DNA from: Tetramitus jugosus
Taxonomy: Eukaryota > Protista > Heterolobosea
NCBI GenBank assembly: GCA_937625935.1
Contig: OW569348.1
Location: 496,001 to 560,000 of the forward strand
DNA length: 64,000 nucleotides
Reading direction: 5' to 3'
The stretch's first letter is position 1. Every line of letters begins with the position of its first letter. A model generated the notes under the pieces. The model did not search any database and was not told the DNA's origin. It saw only the letters and a list, made by a program, of their open reading frames with translations. The position numbers and the translations under genes were made by a program. Of the stretch, positions 1-10,302 are shown in pieces.

Positions 1-1
1 C

Positions 2-1039
2 ACCGATCAAAACATACCTGCACTTGTTTCTAGACCTAGTCTAGAGCATTTTGCCAAAGCAATCCATGAATTGCCCAACGAACAAAAGATTCAAGTGTCA
101 AAGAAGGCTCTCGAAATTATTCAATCCTTTTCCACGTTCACCGAGAGCAATGTGACCATTCGTAGAAACTTGGCAGAGGCCATCCGTAGTCACACTGGTA
201 ATTTCAAGGAAGCAGCCAACATTCTCTCTCAAATCAATTTTGACTCACTGTTGCAGAGCAATAAATTGGTGGGAACTGAGGCATTGTTGGATGTGGCACA
301 GTCCTATTTGGGAGCAAGTGAGTCTGGTTTGGCAGAGTCCTACGTGAACAAGGCTGCTCAGTTCATTGACGAGATTGATGACAATGATGTCAGGATTCTG
401 TTCCTGTACTGCTTTGCTACACTGTCCGATTACAAGAGAAAGTTTTTGGATGCATCGAGACGATACTATGAATTGTCGCACCGTGTGATCGAAGAAGAAC
501 AAATGGGTGTGTTGACCAGTGCTGCCATTTGTGCCATTTTGACAAATGCAGGTGCACAGAGAGCACGTATGTTGGCCACATTGTTCAAGGATGAGAGAAG
601 TGTCAACTTGTCCATCTATAAGGCCATGGAGAAGATGTATCTGGGAAGAATTTTGAGACAGGAGGAAGTCAAGTCTGTTGAAGCACTTCTCAAGGAGCAC
701 CACAAGGCAACCAACGCTGACAACCAAACTGTGCTAGAGGCTGCTGTCATTGAACACAACTTGTTGGCTGCTTCAAAGATTTATACCAACATTTCAATGA
801 ATCAATTAGGTTCATTGCTTGGTATTTCACCTGAAAAGGCAGAGAAGGTTGCTGCAAAGATGATTTCTGAACAACGTCTCGATGGTTTCATTGATCAGAT
901 TGATGGTATTTTGACATTTGAGAGCGAAAGTGTTACAATGCAGAATTGGGATCTATCTATTGGTTCTATTTGTCAATTGGTGTCTCAGTTGACCGATAAG
1001 ATGGTGAAGGAGAATCCAAGTTTAGCAGTCAAGAAGTAG
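2..1039 (+). CDS. CSN4: COP9 signalosome subunit 4 (5'-truncated by window edge)
   Basis: Frame is open from base 2 ([17 protein letters not shown]...). CSN4 motifs [55 protein letters not shown] and a PCI winged helix. Confidence 0.93.
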   Translation, partial: TDQNIPALVSRPSLEHFAKAIHELPNEQKIQVSKKALEIIQSFSTFTESNVTIRRNLAEAIRSHTGNFKEAANILSQINFDSLLQSNKLVGTEALLDVAQSYLGASESGLAESYVNKAAQFIDEIDDNDVRILFLYCFATLSDYKRKFLDASRRYYELSHRVIEEEQMGVLTSAAICAILTNAGAQRARMLATLFKDERSVNLSIYKAMEKMYLGRILRQEEVKSVEALLKEHHKATNADNQTVLEAAVIEHNLLAASKIYTNISMNQLGSLLGISPEKAEKVAAKMISEQRLDGFIDQIDGILTFESESVTMQNWDLSIGSICQLVSQLTDKMVKENPSLAVKK

Positions 1040-1094
1040 AGAGCCTTCAACACACGTGTACAACAAAAAGCATTATAAAAACATATCATCCATA

Positions 1095-2975
1095 TTATAT
1101 TCGATCATCTTCATACGACCGACTCAAGCCATCTTCGTACATGTATTGCGAATCATTGTCAGATGATCGTGCTGAAGTTGAATACTCATCAAAATCATCT
1201 TCATCTGATCTTACTTCCTCGAGCTGTTCTGGAGTGGGGTCATGATTGGAAGGTGGCTTCTGTGATGAGTCGTTGACAGGGAAATCCTCCTCGAATTCAT
1301 CTTCAAAGTTGTGGGAGTCCTGTATTGGGTTATGGGCATGACTATTGAACATGTGTGATTCTGGAGTTCCATCATAAGCTGGATGATTGGATTGATACCT
1401 CATACCTTGTAAGTTTCTTTCAATCAACGATTTCCGGATACTTATCTCTTCTTGAGGAGATTCCAGTGTGTTATGGGGTTCAGGTTTCGGTCGACTGGGT
1501 TGGTCACCTCCAGTTGACCGATCATTGTTCAAGTCAAGTCGAAGAATGGGTTGTTCCTTGGTAGTTACGAGCTCACTTTGGTGTTCTTGGTGCACCTGTT
1601 CTGTTTCTGGCTTCGAGTTTGAATTGGATGATGACTGTGCACTGACAATCTTCGTACTCTCAGGAAGATTGAATGATAGTGTTAGCCTCTTTTGAGGACC
1701 GTCATTCTCGATTGTACATCGAGCAATTGACAGTTTCGACTCCTCTGTTTCTGGATTCTTTCGTGGTAACTCTTCCCTGCAGATATTCTGACCTTCCTTT
1801 GTCCTTGGAGCAGTGGATCGCTTATCTTTGGGTTTCGCTTTAGGTTTCGACAGTGTCCCATCTTTATTCTTCACATATACCTTGCCATTGACAGTGCGAG
1901 TTCCGATGCGTATAGATGATGAGTAGTATCCACTGGTGACCAGTTCGGTATCTCTCCTCGCGACCTTAACTTTCCGCTTCTTTTTCTTCTTCTTGGCAGC
2001 AACAAGACTTGTCCCATTAATTTTCATGTTGATGGTCGAGAGTTGGTTCGAGATATCTGCGACTGTGGTTCTTATTGTTTCCTTCATTTGTTTTACGTGT
2101 TGTTCCTGTGTTCTATAGTTGTCCACCATCTGGGAAAGAGTGCCAAGCTCGGAGCGAATCGGTTGTATCGTTTGAGTTGGTCTCGTCTTAATGTCGAAAC
2201 AAGTTTCATCATTATTAACAATCGTTGATTTGCTCTGCGAATAAGAGTTGTCATCATCTAGTGTTCTTGTCAAAGCAAACGACCGAGAAAAATTAGTTCC
2301 ACTCAGTTCTCGACTAAAACTTGGTAATGAGTCTCGGTTCAATCTTCTGATGGACAGATCCATATCAATTACACCTACTTCAAACCCTCTATCATTCATC
2401 AACGTAAATGTTCCACTGAGTATCCGCTTATTGTGCTTAAAATATGTACTAGATATACTTAGGGATGGATCTTCATCAACAGGCACACCTAAGCTCTCAA
2501 TTGTGATCGATGCCGACCCTACTAACTTGGGCCTCATTATGTTAAAATCATCTGGTAACATAGTGAACAAAAATATGAACAGAGGGCAACTGATTAAATT
2601 GCGTTTTAAGTTCACATCAGCCATCTTGAAAACGCATGACTTTCCAGAATTAATCGTAACTATACTTTCATCTTGGATAGCTCCTCTGTGCCGCCTCTGT
2701 GCTGAAGCACTAAGTGATCGCCTTTCTCTGTCATTCTGTGAGTATGTGACTTCCGATCCCTTCCCATACTTTTGATTGATATAGAGTAAGGGAAAATCCC
2801 ACAACCGAAATCCAATGCAACAATTCTCATTGTCCGGAACATCTCTCAAGTAGGTTTCGCTACCTGAGTACAGATGAACCACGTGCTTTACATAAACATC
2901 GAGAGAAAACAAGTGTTGATGATCATCAATATCCTCGTCGTGTATGATCGTTCTATTACTCTTGAGAGAATCCAT
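1095..2975 (-). CDS. MAP10 (KIAA1383/MTR120)-like microtubule-associated protein
   Basis: N-terminal LFSLDVYV...IGFRLWDFPLLYI...SGKSCVFKM...KLVGSASI resembles the MAP10 N-terminal domain (LFSLE...AFRLLDFP...GKSCLF). Then coiled coil, poly-K stretch and acidic disordered tail. Confidence 0.7.
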   Translation of the reverse strand: MDSLKSNRTIIHDEDIDDHQHLFSLDVYVKHVVHLYSGSETYLRDVPDNENCCIGFRLWDFPLLYINQKYGKGSEVTYSQNDRERRSLSASAQRRHRGAIQDESIVTINSGKSCVFKMADVNLKRNLISCPLFIFLFTMLPDDFNIMRPKLVGSASITIESLGVPVDEDPSLSISSTYFKHNKRILSGTFTLMNDRGFEVGVIDMDLSIRRLNRDSLPSFSRELSGTNFSRSFALTRTLDDDNSYSQSKSTIVNNDETCFDIKTRPTQTIQPIRSELGTLSQMVDNYRTQEQHVKQMKETIRTTVADISNQLSTINMKINGTSLVAAKKKKKKRKVKVARRDTELVTSGYYSSSIRIGTRTVNGKVYVKNKDGTLSKPKAKPKDKRSTAPRTKEGQNICREELPRKNPETEESKLSIARCTIENDGPQKRLTLSFNLPESTKIVSAQSSSNSNSKPETEQVHQEHQSELVTTKEQPILRLDLNNDRSTGGDQPSRPKPEPHNTLESPQEEISIRKSLIERNLQGMRYQSNHPAYDGTPESHMFNSHAHNPIQDSHNFEDEFEEDFPVNDSSQKPPSNHDPTPEQLEEVRSDEDDFDEYSTSARSSDNDSQYMYEDGLSRSYEDDRI

Positions 2976-3113
2976 GTTGTTCCTATTCTTGATTAACGAG
3001 ATTCCTTCCCGCTCGTTGCCGCCTAAAACTACGATTACCCTTGACCAACGCTTAAAACAAAAACTTTTTCATGCAAGTTCATTCGACCATCGAATCAAAA
3101 CTGAGACGAACTC

Positions 3114-3911
3114 TCATTGTTCCTTTTTATTTTCTGCGTCATCTTCCTCAGTTGTTGAGCTCGACCAAGAGAACAATGAAGGACTCTCTGGCACCCTGTG
3201 TGCCTCTTGTGTCACTTGATTTCTCAAATGTTGACTCAATAGTTTCCGTTCTCTTCTCGAAAACGTGTTCTTTCTTGCTTCGCTCGATGTATCGTCTTCG
3301 AGCATAGCACTAAAGATGAAACCAGCCATGACCAACTGCACAGTCACCACACTCGCAACTGCACTCCAGTTCAGACGACTGGATGCTGGAAGAGACCATA
3401 TCACACCATCAAACAAATAATTGAAACAGATAAAGAAGCTTGAGATTGGAAAGATAATCATTGACATGGTACCGAGAGCAAACTTTTTCCTGGCAACAGC
3501 ATTTCCAGGATGTCTGTGTGAGACAGCAAACAAGTGATCCACATTATAGTTTACAATGAAACAGACAGAGCACAGACAGAGCACAGACAGAGAGAAGAAA
3601 AACATGAAATGGAATGGAGGTTAGCATCATCTCTTCAGAATCATCGTCAATGAACGACGGCGGTGATGATATATAACTTACGTGATCACTTGAAAGAAAC
3701 TAGGGTTTGGTGGCAGAACATTTGATTCATCCTGTTGTTGGATTGCCTCCTCTTCGACTTGATCTTCTTGATCATCTTGTTCCATTTCGACATCATCTTC
3801 TCCTTCCTCCTCCTCGATCACATGTTGTTCCTCTTCTTGTTCTTGTTCATGGATGATTTCATCCTCCTCTGACGGCACTTGTGCCTTTGCTTTCTTGTTG
3901 CGTCGTCCCAT
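3114..3911 (-). CDS. VMA21: V-ATPase assembly factor VMA21-like, two exons (3911-3682, 3513-3114)
   Basis: GTAAGT donor at 3681 and CAG acceptor at 3514 join two track ORFs in frame (VIT|HPGN). Two TM helices with VMA21 pattern (MIIFPISSFF...SAVASVVTVQLVMAGFIFSAMLED) and C-terminal KKEQ dilysine ER-retrieval motif. Confidence 0.8.
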
Positions 3912-4019
3912 TTGGCTCAATGTTCTTGCGTTTGTGTGAATTTTTGTTCCTCGGTCGGACTTGGTTTTTCGCGGTCACATTTACAGGTTTATGTTGGAAT
4001 TTATCGATGAAATCAAACA

Positions 4020-6299
4020 ATGTTACCCTTGCAAGATATTTCTTTGAAGACAATTGATGCTCTTTATGAAACTGTCCAAAAGAATGTAGATCACTTTCAG
4101 AACACCCTACAGAGAGAAATTCACGAGCTTGAGAACAATCACAACTTAACTCCCGAAGAGAGGAATGAGAAGGAGGATCTGATAAAAGAAATGAATTTTG
4201 CGAACAAACAGACTGCTACCATTCTGAAGAAGATATCTCATGCCAGAGAAGAGTACATCAACACAGATGGCAATATTAGACAAGAGTACATTTCTCTATT
4301 CGAACAATTTGGGTTGATCAAAACCAGTGAATCCCAACAAGCAACGAACGATGAAAAGATTGGATCGCCAGAGAGTCATGAGAGAAGAATGGAGTTGCTT
4401 GAAGTGTCTGCTCCAGAGCCTCTGACTAGATCTTCCCCTTCCAACCTCCAACCTCATTCAACCAAGTATAGCCCTATCTCTGATAGAAGCAGAAGTCCAA
4501 TGAGTTCTCATCTTTCCGAAGGGGATGATTCAAAATATGGAGAATCTTGTTTAGTTGATCATGGATCGCATGTGATGGAAAATGAAAGATCTTTGCAGAG
4601 TGGGATTTTCGTTTACTCTCCCTCTGGCGATAGTAACTCAAGAGATGAAGAATTCTTGTCCCTAAAGATCAAATCTACATCTGAAGAAGAAACCCTCGAA
4701 AAGGATCAAGATGATGAAGAGTTTGCACTCACCCAACAACTAAAAGCACAACAACAAGAACAACAACGAAGAGAAAATCGAACAGTGTTTGATGAACTTG
4801 AAGATATTTTGGAAAGAGAATCTAGTAAATCCAGTCAAGAGAGAGAGACAATATCCCTAACTAATGAAGAAGCTTCATCACTGCATGTATCATCTCCTAT
4901 TGACTTCGAAGTGACCAGAAAGAAACTCAAAGAACTAGAAGAAGTTAAGGAGGAGAGAAACAAAATCAGAAGGATTGCAGAATCCTTAGCAGTTCATGTT
5001 GAAAATTTGCAGCGAACGAACCAAAACTTAAAGATGTCTCAAGCAAATAGTTTTGAAGAGCAACTTGAACGGAGTCAAACATATATGGATTTAATTGAGA
5101 CTATGGTTGGTAAAGAAAACGCATTACTCAAGAGTCATATCGAGCAATTGAAACGAGAAATGCAGATGAGGAAAACTGTTTTTAATGAGGAGATGCTTCG
5201 ATTAAAGAAACTAGTCGTCGAGACATTGGAAAGAGATGGAGATGAAAACTTCATTTTCGGATTTTCTGATTCAGAAGTGAGATCGATGAAAGAATGTATG
5301 AGTGTTCTCCATTCTCTTGGAGAGTTTTCAAAATCAAGTGTCCCTGGACTCATTCAAGACTCTTGGTATCAACCCATCGATCCTTCAGATGATTTGGACT
5401 GCGCTGTAAATGAAGTATTGAGAGAATTGGAATGTCCTGTAAGGATAGAGATCGAGAGAGTTCGACCAGGAGAATACTTTGTTGATAAGCTCATTCAACT
5501 TCGATTTATCAATGGACAAGTAGTAGTTCGCAACAACACAAGCTATGAACGGCTATCGGACTATCTTCGAAGGCTGTATTCTCCCTTCTTCCAAGTGCAA
5601 CAATTTTTTGAGACTGGTGCAGAAGATACCCTTGTCAATGATGACTATCGATCACAAGAGCAAGTGATGAATTATGAATCGAGCTATAGCAATCGATCAG
5701 AACTTCCGCCTACTCACCGCATAGCGAGTGACACTGAAGGACAGGAACCTAGGAATACCAGAACAAATAGTTCAACTCCCTCACGAAGTCGATCAACATC
5801 CCCCAGTGTCAGAGTTAACTCGCCTGGTAAGAGATCTAGTACTCCTCAAAGTAGATCCAGTTCTCCTCGAGCAATCGATTCTCAGATGAGATATGCCAGC
5901 ATTCTCAAATCAGCAATGGAAAAGAAAAAACTTGTCCCGGCTAACGCTCCTGAACAGAAGAAACCTCCAGTCAACTCTTCTGCAAATGACAGACGTCTCT
6001 CTCCGAGGCGAGTTTCCAGTGTCAGGGAAGAACCTCAAAGAACTCGATCACCTCTACGAGAGCAGTATGAACAGAGACAGAGAGTCAAGCAACAAGTAGT
6101 CCAACAACAGGTTCAAGAGTCTGAGTATAGAGAATTTGATAACATAAGAAAAGGTAAGCCCAATCGTCCTTCCTCTACTGCTTCCAGTACAAGTTCTGGT
6201 TCCATGCTTGAGGGCATCGATCTGAATGACAGGGCAAAGCTGAGACAATTGCACAAGATGGCTCTAAAGAAACAAATTGCTCAAATGTCTCGAAAATAA
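4020..6299 (+). CDS. Coiled-coil protein with degenerate GAR (GAS2-related) domain and S/R-rich tail
   Basis: 759 aa ORF. DDLDCAVNEVL...CPVRIEIERVRPGEYFVDKLIQLRFINGQVVVRNNTSYERLSDYL follows the GAR pattern (LD.AV...C....EKV.EG.Y......R.....V.VR.GGGW..L..YL). Confidence 0.6.
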   Translation: MLPLQDISLKTIDALYETVQKNVDHFQNTLQREIHELENNHNLTPEERNEKEDLIKEMNFANKQTATILKKISHAREEYINTDGNIRQEYISLFEQFGLIKTSESQQATNDEKIGSPESHERRMELLEVSAPEPLTRSSPSNLQPHSTKYSPISDRSRSPMSSHLSEGDDSKYGESCLVDHGSHVMENERSLQSGIFVYSPSGDSNSRDEEFLSLKIKSTSEEETLEKDQDDEEFALTQQLKAQQQEQQRRENRTVFDELEDILERESSKSSQERETISLTNEEASSLHVSSPIDFEVTRKKLKELEEVKEERNKIRRIAESLAVHVENLQRTNQNLKMSQANSFEEQLERSQTYMDLIETMVGKENALLKSHIEQLKREMQMRKTVFNEEMLRLKKLVVETLERDGDENFIFGFSDSEVRSMKECMSVLHSLGEFSKSSVPGLIQDSWYQPIDPSDDLDCAVNEVLRELECPVRIEIERVRPGEYFVDKLIQLRFINGQVVVRNNTSYERLSDYLRRLYSPFFQVQQFFETGAEDTLVNDDYRSQEQVMNYESSYSNRSELPPTHRIASDTEGQEPRNTRTNSSTPSRSRSTSPSVRVNSPGKRSSTPQSRSSSPRAIDSQMRYASILKSAMEKKKLVPANAPEQKKPPVNSSANDRRLSPRRVSSVREEPQRTRSPLREQYEQRQRVKQQVVQQQVQESEYREFDNIRKGKPNRPSSTASSTSSGSMLEGIDLNDRAKLRQLHKMALKKQIAQMSRK

Positions 6300-6423
6300 A
6301 GCAAAAGAGCTCGAGTAAGCCTCTTGGGAATCTACAACAGAATCGAAATGATGTAATCTGGATCCAGATCCCAAATTTTTTTGTGGATCAAAATTTTTTC
6401 AACTTCAGTTATCCATTTGTTTT

Positions 6424-6790
6424 CTGAGCATATCTGTGTGGGAGTGTTGCATGATTGCTTGTGTTTAGGAGTAAACATACGTCAAGTTGCCAGGTTGACT
6501 TGAATTCCAACTCCTGGGCAAGGTCTGAGTTATCGCTCACCGTTGAGATAGCGGCAGGAGTCACTTCCTGGCTTCGGTACCAGAAACAATATGTGCTGGC
6601 AGGCAAGTCACAACGATTCTATCAACTAGATGAGTGCCAGTCTGTCAGTTGTTCAGTGGAAGCACCGAGGTGATAACAAAATGAAACAACTTGTGAGGTG
6701 GTCCTCACAAGAACCAAGTGAAGTTCAATACACGAGAGCAGTTGTGAGAGATCATCACTGCAACACAATTCAGACTACGAACATGCTCAG
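6424..6790 (+). ncRNA. RPR1: Nuclear RNase P RNA
   Basis: All five conserved regions in order: CR-I GGGCAAGGTCTGAG (6516-6529), CR-II CAGAAAC (6581-6587), CR-III TGGAA (6657-6661), CR-IV AGTTCAAT (6722-6729), CR-V AACACAATTCAGACTAC (6762-6778). P4 GTCTGA/TCAGAC; P1 CTGAGCAT (6424-6431)/ATGCTCAG (6783-6790); P2 GTGTG/TACAC; P3 GGAGT/ACTCC; P19 GCAGT/ACTGC. Confidence 0.93.
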
Positions 6791-6801
6791 CACAACCATA
6801 C

Positions 6802-6807
6802 TTTTTT
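6802..6807 (+). terminator. Putative Pol III T-tract terminator of RNase P RNA
   Basis: TTTTTT starting 12 nt after the P1 3' strand. Confidence 0.6.
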
Positions 6808-7066
6808 CGGTGAAACTCTCTGTTGTAAAGCAAAAATATTTTTATCCTGTCAAAATCGGAGTTGGACGTCACACCAGTTTGTATCGGCAAACAAGCAGTT
6901 GACGCACCCAGTCAAAACGGTCAAAGAACAGTTGCTTCTCACTCGCTTTCCCACTACAAATCATTCAACTTACTCAACAACAACAACAGCAATTGAATCA
7001 CCACAACTACTCCATCATCATCAATAACTTATTAAACAACACTCCAAATCAATCATCATCACAAAA

Positions 7067-9205
7067 ATGGATCCTCAAACAACATCACCCAATACACCAC
7101 AACAACAACAACAAGCAGTAGCACCCCATTCACCTTCATCATCACAACAACAACAACCACTCAAACCACAACACTCTCACCAACACATCAAAGGTCCATG
7201 GACATCCGAAGAAGACAACACATTGCGCATTCTCGTTGAAAAATATGGAACAAAACACTGGTCCATCATTGCCAACTATTTGCCTCGAACAGGTAAGCAA
7301 TGTCGTGAACGATGGTGCAACTATTTGAATCCAAACATCAACAAGGGATCGTGGTCAGCAGACGAAGAAGCCATCATTATACAGACACAGGCAAAAATTG
7401 GAAACAAGTGGGCAGAGATTGCCAAATTGTTGCCTGGTCGAACGGACAATAGTGTCAAGAATCATTGGAATTCAATGGTGAGGAAACGCATGAGAGAAAA
7501 TGATCGAATGCAGCGCAGTGAAATTGAAGAGGGTATTCATCAACCACAACATCAACATCAACAGCAGCAGTATGGTAGTGGTGGAGCATCATCAATGCTC
7601 ATGGATCATGATGGTGAAGATCATGCTGCTATTGTCGATGTGAATACTTCTGTTGCTACTGCTGCCGGCGAGGAATTGTACAATCAGAGTGATGAATTGA
7701 CAAGTACGCCTACCAAGCGAGTCAAGTACTCTCATCATGATCCATTGAGTTCTTCATCCGACGTGTCTCAAACCGCACAACAACCCATTCTCATGTCACC
7801 TGTTTCTGTAACGCCTGTGGCTCCTCCGAGTGGAGCAACCTCTGCTTCATCATCTGCTGCTGCAGCTGCGGCTGCTACTGGTGGCATTTTCTTTGTGCCT
7901 GCCACAGCATTTGATCCCAACAATCCTCAACCCACCTATATTCAAACACAGTATGGAACCATGTTGGCTCATCCGATTCCTACAACTACAACAACAGCGG
8001 GCAACAGTGTGAATGGTGATGAGAATCAGGGCGGTTTTCAAATGAGACCAGTGTTGATTGCACCACAGATGCTTCCTCCGGGCTACATTCAACAACAGCA
8101 ACAAGGTGGTTCTGCTGCGGCTGCCAACTCTTCCCAGACACCATTGATTGCCATTGCACCACAAGGTGTCAAGCTAATTTCAGGCAATATCAGTGGTGTG
8201 ACTCTCGATCCAAATTCTCCATTGTCTCCAATGGTTGTGTCCAATCAGACGGCTCAAATGAGAGCGGCCGCGCAGTTGCACATGCAAAAGTTGAAGCAGA
8301 GACCTCCTGTGACATCGTTCTCTGGTGGCCTCGTTGTTGAGAACAAGGGATCGTGCTTGTTGAATGAGTTGGGTGTGTCTGAGAAGACTCCCAACGGTCT
8401 CCATGGCTCACTTCACATTTCCATTGGTAACGATCAGTTTAATATGCAACTGGAGAGAAAGGAGAGTTATTTGAAGATATTGCGAGCGTACACTACCAAG
8501 GTCGAGGATAAGTCAGACAAGAACATGAACAAGAGAAGTCAATCAGACATGGGTAGTGGTAACACGACCTCCACATCTGTGGACTCGAATCAACCAAACG
8601 ACGAAGACAAAGAGAAGGGATACTTGGTTCGTGTTGATTCTGCATTCGAAGGCAAACCATTGATGTACATTCCAATGTGTGGTCGTATCAATAACTTCTA
8701 TCTCAGTATTGGTTTGGCAAAAACAGAGGAAGCACAGAACAGTACAATCGCTGCTGCTTCCAATGCTGCTGCTAGTAATCATGAGAGTGGGGCTGAAGAT
8801 GTTGGAGCTCCAATTAAAACAGAGGTCACAGCGGAAGAAAGCGGCGAGGAAAAGGAATTGACTGAGCAGACAACATCTTCTGCACCACAGCAAGTCTCTG
8901 TTGCTGAACCAGCTTCGAGTACGTCATCAGAGAACGAGGTTCCAAAGCCATCGTCCATAATTGTTGCAAAGGACAGAAAGGACCCAATTTTCAAGAAGCC
9001 CTTCAATACTCATATGCACACAGTGAAGTATGACCTGAGATATTCACTGGCTCAGCAATGTCAAACCTTCTTTGTGTCCATCAGAGACTCAATTCACTCA
9101 AATAACGTGTTGTTTATGAGATGCCAGAGACATCAAGAATACCCAGAATTGGTCGCTGTCAATAAGATTGAGTACTTTGTGTCGCAGACTGTGCTTCCTC
9201 AATAA
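7067..9205 (+). CDS. R2R3-Myb transcription factor
   Basis: Two Myb repeats (KGPWTSEED...[16 protein letters not shown]; KGSWSADEE...[15 protein letters not shown]), Q/A/S-rich middle, unassigned C-terminal region. Confidence 0.93.
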   Translation: MDPQTTSPNTPQQQQQAVAPHSPSSSQQQQPLKPQHSHQHIKGPWTSEEDNTLRILVEKYGTKHWSIIANYLPRTGKQCRERWCNYLNPNINKGSWSADEEAIIIQTQAKIGNKWAEIAKLLPGRTDNSVKNHWNSMVRKRMRENDRMQRSEIEEGIHQPQHQHQQQQYGSGGASSMLMDHDGEDHAAIVDVNTSVATAAGEELYNQSDELTSTPTKRVKYSHHDPLSSSSDVSQTAQQPILMSPVSVTPVAPPSGATSASSSAAAAAAATGGIFFVPATAFDPNNPQPTYIQTQYGTMLAHPIPTTTTTAGNSVNGDENQGGFQMRPVLIAPQMLPPGYIQQQQQGGSAAAANSSQTPLIAIAPQGVKLISGNISGVTLDPNSPLSPMVVSNQTAQMRAAAQLHMQKLKQRPPVTSFSGGLVVENKGSCLLNELGVSEKTPNGLHGSLHISIGNDQFNMQLERKESYLKILRAYTTKVEDKSDKNMNKRSQSDMGSGNTTSTSVDSNQPNDEDKEKGYLVRVDSAFEGKPLMYIPMCGRINNFYLSIGLAKTEEAQNSTIAAASNAAASNHESGAEDVGAPIKTEVTAEESGEEKELTEQTTSSAPQQVSVAEPASSTSSENEVPKPSSIIVAKDRKDPIFKKPFNTHMHTVKYDLRYSLAQQCQTFFVSIRDSIHSNNVLFMRCQRHQEYPELVAVNKIEYFVSQTVLPQ

Positions 9206-9250
9206 ATCACTACCTTAAATTATTGTAACAACAATGACTTCAAATGATCA

Positions 9251-10120
9251 TTACTTTGCTGTCTCTCTCTTGTAGTCTCTTGGACTCACTGATGTTGACT
9301 TCTTCTTCCACATTCCTTTCTTCTGTTTCATTGCTTTCTGCTGCAATTGCATCAAGTGTTCTTTCATTTTCAGATTACGCTTCTTGTTTCCCTCGGACCA
9401 CACTTCACCTTGACCTTCGTACACAACGCCAAGTCCCTGTTGGAGCATATGTGCAGATACGTTGAATGGTATCAAACCGAACCAATGAGACCAGGTCCTC
9501 ATATACACTGCACACACCAACCGATTGTACTGATCCTTTCGAATCGGGTACACTGTAACCTTCCTGTTGGCCAAGAGATCGGTGAGGTACTGTTTGGCAA
9601 CGGGTCCATACTCTTGTCCCGGTTGGCCAAAGTGAGCACATTCGGGGGCGTCCATACCAGCCAATCTAATATGTAGAGTGTAGTGATCCAGTTTCAGTTT
9701 GCTCTTGTTGTCCTTCTTCTTCAGTCCCATGTTTGCCCACCAACTCATACGAGGGTACTTGGCCAAATGGAACATGCGTACCCACCAAAACGGTACCAAC
9801 GGAGGCACGTGATAGAACCGAAAGTTATCACCATCACCAACATGTGGCACAATACCAGAGAGACGTGGCTGCCTCTTCAACAGAGAGTCCTTTACACTGT
9901 CCACATTCTTCAATCGAACAAACGAAGCTCTAAACGCTCTCTGCACAGCAAAAAATGAAACAAGAGTGGAGCACGCAACCACACCATATTGAACGGAGGG
10001 ACTCTGTGAATGGAACCACTGTTTTGATCGATCCACTTGTTTGATTGTCGTTTGCTTGAATGTCTTGTACCACTCTCGCACAGTATCTACAGAGGGAAAA
10101 CCATTGTCTTGACCAGTCAT
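9251..10120 (-). CDS. Staphylococcal nuclease (thermonuclease) family, LCL3-like
   Basis: VGDGDNFRFYH, IRLAGMDAPECAHFGQPGQEYG, DQYNRLV motifs and an N-terminal TM segment, as in fungal LCL3. First ATG at 10120 (track start 10144 is TTG). Confidence 0.85.
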   Translation of the reverse strand: MTGQDNGFPSVDTVREWYKTFKQTTIKQVDRSKQWFHSQSPSVQYGVVACSTLVSFFAVQRAFRASFVRLKNVDSVKDSLLKRQPRLSGIVPHVGDGDNFRFYHVPPLVPFWWVRMFHLAKYPRMSWWANMGLKKKDNKSKLKLDHYTLHIRLAGMDAPECAHFGQPGQEYGPVAKQYLTDLLANRKVTVYPIRKDQYNRLVCAVYMRTWSHWFGLIPFNVSAHMLQQGLGVVYEGQGEVWSEGNKKRNLKMKEHLMQLQQKAMKQKKGMWKKKSTSVSPRDYKRETAK

Positions 10121-10302
10121 TTCAATCACACTCGATAGTTCCAAGGTCTGTAGATCAAAAAGAATGCAACACAGTTCGTTGTTTTCCAGAAGAAAAAATA
10201 CAGTTTTGGGCGCGAAATTGTTTTGAAGGCAGGAGGTACGTATCGTTATTGTAATTGACTTGTCGTATTAGTTGTAAGCTTACATTGTATCTATGTATTT
10301 AT

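Noticed and set aside
6646-6744. Two further CAGTTG Myb-like sites
   Set aside because: They fall inside the RNase P RNA, so they were not counted as promoter sites.
6409-6902. Short ORFs 6409-6606, 6455-6673, 6630-6902 and 6705-6890
   Set aside because: They overlap the RNase P RNA and show no protein motifs.
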